Assembly (NCBI GenBank): GCA_965214605.1
Contig: OZ243961.1
Coordinates: 553,917 to 617,916 of the forward strand
DNA from: an uncultured Candidatus Binatia bacterium
GTDB lineage: Bacteria; Desulfobacterota; Binatia; Bin18
Direction of reading: 5' to 3'
DNA length: 64,000 nt
Every line of letters starts with the position of its first letter. Positions within the stretch are counted from its first letter, which is position 1. This document shows positions 31,405-39,994 of the stretch, one piece after another. A model generated the notes under the pieces. It saw only the letters and a program-made list of their open reading frames with translations. It ran no database searches and had not been told where the DNA came from. Both the position numbers and the translations under genes were made by a program.

Positions 31405-32610
31405 ATGTCAGGAAAGAAAAACAAGGCGGGACGCCGCAAGAGTGCACAAGCGGCGATCAGCCCAGCAGCCCTGCCCTTAGCAACCGGTCCGCTGATGCTG
31501 ACACGTATCCTAGCCCTTCTGGGCCTGGGGGTCAGTGCCTATCTGTCTGTGGTGCATTATCAGGCCGAGGCCGAGGATTTAGTGACCTCCCATTTTTGCC
31601 AGGCTGGGTCGGTCATCGACTGTACCTCGGTGCTCAACAGCTCATATGCCACCTTATTTGATCTCCCGGTGGCCCTCTGGGCTATTGGAGCCTACATTAT
31701 CACGCTCGTCCTGACTTTTACCCCCCAGGCGCTCGCCCTGCTTTTTGTGTGTTCATGGCTGTTTGTGTTTGGCCTGTACATGGCCGCTGTCTCGTTCTTC
31801 GCCCTCCAGTCGGTGTGTCTGTTCTGCACGGCACTGTATCTGATCAATATCGGGCTGTTTGTCAGCGCCATCATCTTGGTGCGCTCCTCTGCCGACTTCG
31901 AGCTGAGTCGGTTTGCCTTTGGCCTGCTCGGCTGCGTCATTGTAACCGCTGGGATTGGCTTGTGGCAAAACCAACAAGCTCACCTCACGCCGCTCGATTT
32001 TAGGGCGCCGAGCGCCGAACGCATGGATAGGAGTTTTGTGCAGTTTTACAACGAACAACGCGAGGTGGCGGTCCAAAACCAAGAGCGCTATGTCAAGGGC
32101 GCTCAGGACGCGTCGCTGCGCATTACCGAGTTTGTCGATTTCCGGTGCCCCAGCTGCGCCGTGGCCCATGACTACCTGACCTATCTGCGTGCGGCCAACA
32201 AGGGCGAGGTCCGCGTGGTCTTTCACCACTACCCGCTCGACCAGGCCTGTAACCCTATTGCTCAACAAGTCCATCCCTCGTCTTGCGCTGCAGCCATTGC
32301 CTCGGAGTGCGCCGGCGACCAAGACGCGTTTTGGGCCTATGCCGATCGCCTGTTCGCCAACCAAAAACGCTTCAGTCGCGCGGAGCTAGTCGATCACGCC
32401 GAGGCGCTGGATCTGGACCGTGAGCGGTTCGAGTCCTGCCTCGGAGACACTCGTATGGCAGATCGGGTGCGCCGAGATGTTGAAGAGGGACAGCGGCTTG
32501 GAATCAGCGCCACGCCGACCCTCATCATCAACGGGCGCGTGATCGAGGGACTGCCGCCGCCGAAAAAGCTGGCGACCCTGGTAACGCTGCAGCAGCAGCA
32601 GAATCGGTAA
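31405..32610 (+). CDS. vitamin K epoxide reductase (VKOR) domain fused to thioredoxin/DsbA-like domain
   Basis: VKOR 4-TM core with CxxC-loop Cys (HFCQAGSVIDCTS) and C-terminal EFVDFRCPSCAV thioredoxin CxxC. Confidence 0.75.
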   Translation: MSGKKNKAGRRKSAQAAISPAALPLATGPLMLTRILALLGLGVSAYLSVVHYQAEAEDLVTSHFCQAGSVIDCTSVLNSSYATLFDLPVALWAIGAYIITLVLTFTPQALALLFVCSWLFVFGLYMAAVSFFALQSVCLFCTALYLINIGLFVSAIILVRSSADFELSRFAFGLLGCVIVTAGIGLWQNQQAHLTPLDFRAPSAERMDRSFVQFYNEQREVAVQNQERYVKGAQDASLRITEFVDFRCPSCAVAHDYLTYLRAANKGEVRVVFHHYPLDQACNPIAQQVHPSSCAAAIASECAGDQDAFWAYADRLFANQKRFSRAELVDHAEALDLDRERFESCLGDTRMADRVRRDVEEGQRLGISATPTLIINGRVIEGLPPPKKLATLVTLQQQQNR

Positions 32611-32675
32611 AGGCAGACCTGAGTCCCTGAGTTCAGCCGCAGAGCTTATGCACTGCCCATCAGACTCTGACTCGT

Positions 32676-33350
32676 TTAGCCAACGATAATATGCTCCTTA
32701 GTAATAATCACCGGCAGCTTGCCGGCCGCGATAAAATTCGGCTCGTCAGCCCGGGTTCGCTCGTATTCGGGGGTCGTGGCCGAGAGGCGCATCGCTTGAG
32801 TGCTGTCAAACCAAGTGAGGGCCACGCCGTCGTAGATCGGCGTTTTCCCGCTCTTATAAATTGACGGCCGGGTATGACTCTGAACGTAGCGTCTAATCAC
32901 CGGAATGGCAGCCCCAAGCGGACCATGAATCTCGCGCCAGTGGGTCTGAAAGTCCTCAATCGGCATCCCCGGTTTATGGTTCACAAACTCGACGTTTTTG
33001 ACCCCATCGGCCGGAACCGGGCCGTCTTTGATGAGGTGCTCTTCGGTAATAATCGAGCCTTGGCTGTCTCCGTCCATGAAGTTCGCCTCGTCGCTCTGGA
33101 CTGCGGCAAGCTCTGATGTACCGACCTGGCGACGCATGACCTCGGTATTGTCGAACCACAGCTCGGCCATGCCGTCGTACACGGGTTCTCTCTCACGACG
33201 GTAGCCGGACAGAATGGTGTGGGACTGAACGTAACGACGAATGCCCGGCAGTTTGACCACGATATCGGCGTGGGTGGTTCGCCAGTAGGCCTGAAAGTCC
33301 TCGACCGGCATACCGGCTTTCCGTTTAAAAAAAGCGATCAGTTTGATCAT
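32676..33350 (-). CDS. tandem EthD-domain (dimeric alpha/beta barrel) protein (paralog A)
   Basis: two EthD-like halves (IAFFKRKAGMPVEDFQAYWRTTH... and VNHKPGMPIEDFQTHWREIHG...); start set at MIKLIAFF. Confidence 0.6.
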   Translation of the reverse strand: MIKLIAFFKRKAGMPVEDFQAYWRTTHADIVVKLPGIRRYVQSHTILSGYRREREPVYDGMAELWFDNTEVMRRQVGTSELAAVQSDEANFMDGDSQGSIITEEHLIKDGPVPADGVKNVEFVNHKPGMPIEDFQTHWREIHGPLGAAIPVIRRYVQSHTRPSIYKSGKTPIYDGVALTWFDSTQAMRLSATTPEYERTRADEPNFIAAGKLPVIITKEHIIVG

Positions 33351-33433
33351 ACGTCTTTTCCTCCTACGTCTAGCTATGGCATGCTGTTGGCCTGGGTCAA
33401 GGCACGCGGCGATCCCAAACAGAAGGATACGGC

Positions 33434-34624
33434 ATGGATTTTCAATATTCGTCCGAGCAAGAAGCGTTTCGGAGCGAACTGCGCGGCTGGCTAGAGGCAC
33501 ACCTCCCCAAAGAGCTGTGCGTTGAGGACGCTATGGATGAGCGGGTCGCGCCCGATCGCCCGACGTTTGAGAAACGCCGGGCCTGGCAGCGTACGATGTA
33601 TGAAGCCGGTTGGGTCGGTATTCCGTGGCCCAAAGAGTACGGAGGACGGGGGGCTGGGCTGATGGAGCAAATTGTGTTTGAGGAGGAGTATACGCGGGCC
33701 CAGGCCCCAATCCTGCCCGGTTTCTCGGGGATTGCGCTATGCGGTCCGACCCTTATGCAGTGGGGGACCGAGGCACAGAAAGAGAAGTTTTTAGCCCGTA
33801 TCCTGCGCGGTGACGACATCTGGTGTCAGGGATACTCTGAACCCGGGGCTGGTTCCGACCTGGCCAGTCTCCAGACCCGGGCGGTTGAGGACGGTGATGA
33901 GTTTGTGGTCAACGGTCAGAAGGTCTGGACCTCGGGCGCCCAGTATGCAGATTGGATCTTTATGCTGGTCCGAACCAACCCCGACGCGCCCAAACATCGG
34001 GGCATCAGCTATCTGCTGGTGAATATGAAAACCCCAGGAGTGACGGTTCGGCCCCTGGTGCTGATCAACGGTCATGCCCATTTTAACGAGATCTTTTTTG
34101 AAGACGTGCGGGTGCCCAAAGAAAACCTGGTCGGTCCGCTGAACGAGGGCTGGAAGGTGACCATCACCACCCTGATGTTTGAGCGCGGTATTGCCGGCGG
34201 CGGAAACCAGGGTGACCAGATCAACCGTTTGGCTCAGCTGTCCCGCCGCGTTGACCTCAACGGCCGGCCAGCCTGGGAGCAATCCTGGGTCCGTGACAAA
34301 CTGGTCCAGCTCCACATTGAAAATGAGAGCCTCAAATACACCCGTCTGCGCAGTCTGACCAAACAGCTCAAGGGTCAGCCACCCGGCCCCGAAGGCTCAA
34401 TGCTCAAGCTATGCAGCTCTGAGCTGGGCGTCAGAATCGCCGAGTTTGCCAGTGAATTATTGGGCCACAACGCGATTGTCGATCTGCCGTCCAAAGCCGT
34501 ACCCGATGCACCGCGTTGGGTGAATCGGGTGCTCAGCGCCCGCCAATATACAATTTCGGGCGGGACCAGCGAGATTCAGCGAAATATTATGGGAGAACGC
34601 GTCTTGGGTCTGCCCAAAGGCTAG
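33434..34624 (+). CDS. acyl-CoA dehydrogenase
   Basis: 396 aa; ACAD N/M/C domain pattern (YGGRGAG..., CQGYSEPGAGSDLASLQT). Confidence 0.8.
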   Translation: MDFQYSSEQEAFRSELRGWLEAHLPKELCVEDAMDERVAPDRPTFEKRRAWQRTMYEAGWVGIPWPKEYGGRGAGLMEQIVFEEEYTRAQAPILPGFSGIALCGPTLMQWGTEAQKEKFLARILRGDDIWCQGYSEPGAGSDLASLQTRAVEDGDEFVVNGQKVWTSGAQYADWIFMLVRTNPDAPKHRGISYLLVNMKTPGVTVRPLVLINGHAHFNEIFFEDVRVPKENLVGPLNEGWKVTITTLMFERGIAGGGNQGDQINRLAQLSRRVDLNGRPAWEQSWVRDKLVQLHIENESLKYTRLRSLTKQLKGQPPGPEGSMLKLCSSELGVRIAEFASELLGHNAIVDLPSKAVPDAPRWVNRVLSARQYTISGGTSEIQRNIMGERVLGLPKG

Positions 34625-35163
34625 CCACGTTTGCGCACCTGCCACTCGCTGCGGAGTACGGCCATCAGCAGCGTGTTATAGTAGCGGCCCTCAGCACGGC
34701 GATTTTCGCGCAGCAGCCCCTCGCGGCGGAAACCCGCCTTTTGATAGGCCCGGATACCGCGCGTGTTACGCTCGTCCACATGCAGCCAAACTCGGTTCAG
34801 GTCCAACTGACCAAAAGCATAGTCAAGCATCAGACCGCTCACCTCTACGCCGTAGCCCTTGCCCATCTCGCCGATGAGCAGGCCAAAGCTAGCTTTGCGG
34901 TTGTCCAAATCGAGTTGATGTAACTCAGTGATGCCGATTAGGCCATCGGTATCGCGGCGCACGACGCCGAGCAGCAGGTCGTGCCCAGTGCGGTATAGCC
35001 GCTCAATACCGTCGGCCACAGCCCTGATATCAACCGCTGGGAAAAAGTCGCCCAGGTGTCGGGTCAGATCCCGGCTCTGCAGCCAGGGCACGATTTGCTC
35101 AGCATCACTGCGCTCCAAAGGACGCAGATACACGCGCCCACCCGTTAGCACGGTTTCCTGCAT
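34621..35163 (-). CDS. GNAT-family N-acetyltransferase (RimJ/RimL-like)
   Basis: acetyl-CoA binding block; YLRPLERSDAEQI N-terminus; start set at internal Met. Confidence 0.65.
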   Translation of the reverse strand: MQETVLTGGRVYLRPLERSDAEQIVPWLQSRDLTRHLGDFFPAVDIRAVADGIERLYRTGHDLLLGVVRRDTDGLIGITELHQLDLDNRKASFGLLIGEMGKGYGVEVSGLMLDYAFGQLDLNRVWLHVDERNTRGIRAYQKAGFRREGLLRENRRAEGRYYNTLLMAVLRSEWQVRKRG

Positions 35164-35289
35164 CCATCCTCCATCAACGCCATTGGTGATCTCTTCCCAA
35201 CGTGGTGATCGACTATCAGCGATACTTTTTTGAACCGTCCACATCCTAGCACCGCACCGCTCTTGACGCGAAACCTGAGACCTGCCAGC

Positions 35290-35349
35290 ATGTGGAGTAT
35301 GCGTCTACAGTATTCTCTCAATCGACAGGACTGGTGGTGGCTGCCTTAG
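35290..35349 (+). CDS. trpL: trp operon leader peptide
   Basis: 19-aa ORF MWSMRLQYSLNRQDWWWLP with three consecutive Trp codons, immediately upstream of tandem terminator hairpins and trpE(G). Confidence 0.6.
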   Translation: MWSMRLQYSLNRQDWWWLP

Positions 35350-35384
35350 CAGGTGGCCCGAACCTTATAGTACTGTCTCTATAC

Positions 35385-35462
35385 GGAGCCGCCTTGACCA
35401 ACGAGGCGGCTTTTCTTTTTTCAAAGACCGTCGCCTCGGGGTTGGGTGACGGTCTTTTTTTG
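35385..35462 (+). promoter_or_regulatory. trp attenuator: two consecutive intrinsic-terminator hairpins with U-runs
   Basis: GCCGCCTTG-ACCAA-CGAGGCGGC TTTTCTTTTTT then GACCGTCgcctcggggttgggtGACGGTC TTTTTTT. Confidence 0.6.
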
Positions 35463-35506
35463 GGTCAAGACCCGGCCAACGGGGTAGGACGAAGGAGGAA
35501 GGATTC

Positions 35507-37687
35507 ATGGCCGACGTAGCTGCTCACATCCCCAGCGTGCACACCTACCGCACCCAGGGTGGGATTGATATTCGTCGCAGCATTGAAAGTATCCCACTTC
35601 AGGACGCTATCGAGCCAATCATTGACGGTCTCAATAGTCAGCGCGGCGTCCTTTTGGCGTCAAGCTATGAGTATCCGGGCCGCTATACACGCTGGGACAT
35701 CGGCTTTGTCAATCCCCCCCTATCCCTGAGCTGTCGACAACGAAAATTTCGGCTGTCGGCCCTAAACGAACGCGGCCAGATTCTCCTGCCAGGGCTAGCG
35801 CGGGCATTTGAGGCCCTGCCCGTACTCGCCTCGTCTGAGCGTAACGAGAGTCACATATCAGGCACGGTTCGGGAGGTGGAGAGCCGTTTTGCCGAAGAGC
35901 AACGCAGCAAACAGCCCTCGATCTTTTCGCTGCTCCGAGCGCTCATTGAGCTGTTTGCGTCGGATGAGGACGCCAATCTTGGGCTGTATGGCGCCTTTGG
36001 CTATGATCTGGCCTTTCAGTTCGAACCCCTGCGCCTTCACCTCACCCGCCCCGAAGAGCAACGCGACCTGGTGTTGTATATTCCCGATGAACTAATCGTG
36101 GTTGACCACCGCCGCGAACAGGCGCTGCGCTATCGCTACGATTTCGAGCTTGACGGGCGCTCCACCTACAATTTGCCCCGGGTTGGAACGAGCCAACCCT
36201 ACCAGGGAACAGGTACCGTTGCTCAGGCCTGCGACCATCAACCGGGTGAATACGCCGAAGGCGTTCGGGTGGCCCGCCAAGCATTCCAGCGCGGCGACCT
36301 GTTTGAGGTCGTGCCGGGTCAGACCTTTTTTGAGGTCTGTCCTACGCCGCCCTCAGAACTGTTTCGACGTCTGCGTGAGCGCAATCCATCCCCGTACGGA
36401 TTTCTGATCAACCTCGGCCAAGCCGAATACCTAGTTGGCGCGTCCCCCGAGATGTACGTCCGGGTGGAGGGCGACCGGGTGGAGACCTGCCCGATTTCCG
36501 GCACAATCGCCCGCGGTCGGGATCCGATCAACGATGCCAGCCAAATCTTGCGGCTGCTCAACTCCCGCAAAGACGAGTCTGAGCTGACCATGTGTACAGA
36601 TGTTGACCGCAACGATAAATCCCGGATCTGTCAACCGGGTAGCGTACGGGTGATTGGGCGGCGACAGATTGAGATGTATTCGCGACTGATTCACACGGTC
36701 GATCATGTTGAGGGTCGCCTACGGCCCGAGTTTGATGCCCTGGATGCGTTTTTGGCCCACACCTGGGCGGTGACGGTCACCGGTGCGCCAAAAGCGTGGG
36801 CCATGCAGTTTATTGAGGAGCACGAAAAATCACCCCGCGCCTGGTACGGCGGGGCCGTCGGTCTGCTCGGCTTTAATGGCAATATGAATACAGGGCTCAC
36901 CCTGCGTACGATTCGGCTCAAAGACGGCGTGGCCCAAGTCCGAGCCGGGGCCACCCTGTTATACGACTCCAACCCGGACGATGAAGAACGCGAAACCCAT
37001 ATCAAAGCGTCTGCCTTCTTGGATGCTATTCGTCGCCCGAGTGAAAGCCAAGGCGAGCGGTCGTTGGAAGTCGCTAGCCCAGGCCGGGGTAAACGGATTC
37101 TGCTAGTCGATCATCAAGACTCTTTTGTGCATACCTTGGCCAACTATTTGCGTCAGACCGGGGCCGAGGTCTTGACCCTCCGAGCCGGTTTTTCGCACCA
37201 TGAATTTGAGGCCCGGCAACCTGACCTCGTCGTCCTGTCGCCCGGTCCAGGCCAACCGTCGGATTTTGATGTTTCCGGCACTTTGGCGGCCGTACTTGAA
37301 CGCCAGCTGCCCGTTTTTGGCGTGTGTCTCGGTTTACAGGGTATTGTCGAGCACTTCGGCGGCGAACTGTCCGTGCTGCCTTACCCAATGCATGGCAAAG
37401 CGTCAGCCGTGCGGGTGGTGGGCGGACGGATTTTTGAGGGCCTCCCGCGCGAGCTCACGGCAGGCCGCTATCACTCTCTGTTCGCCCGCAAAGACCGGCT
37501 GCCCTCCCAACTCCACATCACCGCGGAGAGCGATGATGGTGTGATCATGGCGGTTGAGCACCGTGAGCTGCCGATTGCCGCTGTCCAGTTTCATCCCGAG
37601 TCTATTTTGACTCTGGATGAAGACTATGGCCTGCGCCTGATGTATAACGTGGTAGTCAGCCTATGCGCCGACGCAGGCCTTCCCTAG
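35507..37687 (+). CDS. trpE: anthranilate synthase, fused component I/II TrpE(G)
   Basis: 726 aa; N-terminus matches rhizobial-type TrpE(G) (GGIDIRRS...SYEYPGRYTRWDIGFVNPPL); C-terminal class-I glutamine amidotransferase (GVCLGLQG). Confidence 0.85.
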   Translation: MADVAAHIPSVHTYRTQGGIDIRRSIESIPLQDAIEPIIDGLNSQRGVLLASSYEYPGRYTRWDIGFVNPPLSLSCRQRKFRLSALNERGQILLPGLARAFEALPVLASSERNESHISGTVREVESRFAEEQRSKQPSIFSLLRALIELFASDEDANLGLYGAFGYDLAFQFEPLRLHLTRPEEQRDLVLYIPDELIVVDHRREQALRYRYDFELDGRSTYNLPRVGTSQPYQGTGTVAQACDHQPGEYAEGVRVARQAFQRGDLFEVVPGQTFFEVCPTPPSELFRRLRERNPSPYGFLINLGQAEYLVGASPEMYVRVEGDRVETCPISGTIARGRDPINDASQILRLLNSRKDESELTMCTDVDRNDKSRICQPGSVRVIGRRQIEMYSRLIHTVDHVEGRLRPEFDALDAFLAHTWAVTVTGAPKAWAMQFIEEHEKSPRAWYGGAVGLLGFNGNMNTGLTLRTIRLKDGVAQVRAGATLLYDSNPDDEERETHIKASAFLDAIRRPSESQGERSLEVASPGRGKRILLVDHQDSFVHTLANYLRQTGAEVLTLRAGFSHHEFEARQPDLVVLSPGPGQPSDFDVSGTLAAVLERQLPVFGVCLGLQGIVEHFGGELSVLPYPMHGKASAVRVVGGRIFEGLPRELTAGRYHSLFARKDRLPSQLHITAESDDGVIMAVEHRELPIAAVQFHPESILTLDEDYGLRLMYNVVVSLCADAGLP

Positions 37688-37808
37688 CAGACGCCCCACA
37701 GTCGCGTCGCTGGGCAGAGGCAGGCCGCACGGATTGCCAGGCGACCCGACTCACTCCGGCTCGGTCACCGGGGTCCAGGCAGCCACTCCCGGCACCGCAA
37801 CGAGCAGG
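37599..37808. repeat. direct repeat copy A (3' end of trpE(G) plus 3' end of an MFS-like frame), ~85% identical to 41678..41886
   Basis: direct sequence comparison in this window. Confidence 0.8.
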
Positions 37809-38300
37809 TCCCAGAATGCGGCTGGTTCGTCGAGGTCGAAAATCAGTGGGGGAATGCTGGGGCCGTGGCGGTGGATGTGCCACTCCAAACCGGTGGTAAA
37901 AGCGATACGGGCATCGAACCCGGTGGTTTCCCTGATGATTTGAGCCGCGTGTTTCGTGTCGCTGAGGTTGCCTGACGGCTGACACCTCAGCAGTATGGCC
38001 GGTGTGCCGCCGGAGTATAGTGTGTAACTTCCCGGGTGCTCTGGCGACGGTTCGCGATGCGCAGCGGTGAATCCAATGGCGTCCAGTATGGGATTGATGA
38101 CGGCTTCTTGGGTGATGCCTGTCGAACGTTGCAGGTTGATGTCGCGCTGAGCGGCGGCGTTCTGGGCGTCGGCGATGGTCTGAGTCAGTGCCGCGCGGTG
38201 CGCTTCGGCGCGATGCTTCGCATCGTCTTGATGGTGTGATCTTCGTGCATTGTCCCTTTTGCTCCTTCGCTTCCAGTGGACTCGTGATGTAGTAGTGACG
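37753..38300 (-). pseudogene. restriction-endonuclease-like (HsdR N-terminal/Mrr-like) domain ORF lacking a canonical start
   Basis: frame with no ATG reads ...INPILDAIGF...AILLRCQPSGNLSD...IAFTTGLEWHIH..., resembling the type I R-subunit N-terminal domain family; C-terminally in-frame with the MFS-tail copy VAVPGVAAWTPVTEPE. Confidence 0.3.
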
Positions 38301-38764
38301 CCGGCAGTCCTGCCGTATCACAGGCGCATAACGATTCGCAAAAATCCCAGGCGCCGATTCTGTGCTTGCGCTCCGATCGGCGCCGGCTTGATACCTTCCC
38401 TTGGGGTCGGCGACTCTTTGCCTTCGTCTTGCTCTTGTGCTGTTCTGAGCAGCGGAATCGCCTGATTCTATGGTTGCCGGTACCGGGGGATGGTACAGTT
38501 TTGGCCGCGGCAGGACGGGCAAGTCGAAGGCTGGGGCGGTCTGTCTGTCCTGCCGGGTCTGTCGGTTGCGCTCTCTTTGCCAATATCCGTAGCAGATCCG
38601 TCGTTGGCAGACTGCGCAGCGTGGGCCGGCTGGGTCGGCATGGTCGGCTATTGGGGCAGGTGTGGCAGATGATGATGTCGTCGGCTATATGTCCTCTCTG
38701 GTAGGGCTGTGCAAAGGCTATCCGGGTCATGCAGTGTGTGGACGAATTGAGTGCGAGCTTCGGA

Positions 38765-39935
38765 AACGGTTTTCGTTTGGCTCGCGGCGGCACGGCAGTT
38801 GCTCTGGTTTACGGAGGGCGGGATTGCGTGCTCCCGGGATGGCGTCACGCGGGGATTGCATCCCCCTCTCATCTCCAGCTAGTATCCGCAACAGGGGGGC
38901 ATCGCCCATGCCCAAGAGGTTTGAGGACACGACGAGATCCATGATCCGCCCCGTGCAGACGTCAAAATCAATGAACCTGAACTTGGTGCGCCGGCCTGTT
39001 CCGGCAACTCAACGCGCAGCAACCGCTCAGCGTTTCGCACGGCAAACAGCGCAGCAACCTGCGCGCTAGGACGGAGAGAACGACCATGAGCGCTACACTG
39101 AGCCCCGCAGAACGCGCCCGCTTTCTCCAGGCGCTGAAGGAGGACTCCGACTTCCGCGAGGCGGTACGCCAGCACCTCCTGAGCGACGCACTGCTGGAAC
39201 TGCCGGAAAAATTCGCCCAGTTCGCCGCCTACGTCAACGAATTTATCGCCAACACCAACGAATTTATCGCCAACACCAACAAATTTATCGCCGACCAAAA
39301 GGCATTCAATACCCGCACCGAAGAACGCCTGGACCGGATTGACGACCGTCTGGACCGTGTTGAAGGCCGTCTGGACCGTGTTGAAGGCCGTCTGGACCGT
39401 GTTGAAGGCCGTCTGGACCGTGTTGAAGGCCGTCTGGACCGGATTGACAACCATCTGGACCGGATTGACAACCGGCTGGACCGGATTGACGACAGCATCG
39501 GCATCCTGAAAGGCAACGCAGCGCGACGTCTGCTCAGAGATCACCTCGAAGGCGTCCTAGAACTCGTAGGCGTAGAGGATTTCGTAAGAATCCTGTCCAG
39601 CAGCGACCTGATTCGCCTGATGCGCACCTCAGGCATGGCTCGCGAGATACCCTACGGAGAACGGCGGAGTTTCTATGCCGCCGATCTGGTCATCGAAGCC
39701 GCCGACGCAACGGGTGCCCCCTGTTATATCACGGCCGAGGGGTCCTTCACCGCGGATAAGCGGGACAGCAGCCGGGCGATTCGGAATGCCGCATTCCTGA
39801 CCCGGCTTACCGGCCACCCGGCCTCCCCTGTCGTTGCCAGCATGAGGAACGACTACGAAGTGCAAGAGCTGGTCAATCAGGAAACCATCCGCTGGTTCCA
39901 GCTGGACGAGCGGGACCTCGAAGCGGATTAGGACG
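38765..39935. repeat. tandem duplication unit 1 (~1.2 kb: 320-bp leader plus repeat-protein gene)
   Basis: near-identical to 39995..41095 apart from internal 21-bp repeat copy number. Confidence 0.8.
39086..39931 (+). CDS. hypothetical protein with variable heptad (21-bp) tandem repeats and conserved C-terminal domain, copy 1
   Basis: 281 aa; (FIANTNE/K)x2 ... (RLDRVEG)x4 (RLDRIDN)x2 coiled-coil repeats; C-terminal ~150 aa identical to copy 2. Confidence 0.6.
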   Translation: MSATLSPAERARFLQALKEDSDFREAVRQHLLSDALLELPEKFAQFAAYVNEFIANTNEFIANTNKFIADQKAFNTRTEERLDRIDDRLDRVEGRLDRVEGRLDRVEGRLDRVEGRLDRIDNHLDRIDNRLDRIDDSIGILKGNAARRLLRDHLEGVLELVGVEDFVRILSSSDLIRLMRTSGMAREIPYGERRSFYAADLVIEAADATGAPCYITAEGSFTADKRDSSRAIRNAAFLTRLTGHPASPVVASMRNDYEVQELVNQETIRWFQLDERDLEAD

Positions 39936-39994
39936 TGATACGATCGCCGTGCCGCGGCCAGCCAAATTCCAGCAAGTGCTTATAGCACCGGTTC

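Noticed and set aside
37656-38522. 288-aa Arg/Pro-rich minus-strand ORF in the insertion
   Set aside because: Composition (R, P, A, G rich) is typical of off-frame translation of high-GC DNA and it has no recognisable domain. The only real coding signal here is the start-less restriction-like frame.
39229-39516. Antisense ORFs (39229..39516, 40468..40671) with RSRRPSTRS repeats inside the repeat-protein genes
   Set aside because: Simply the reverse-frame translation of the 21-bp tandem repeats.
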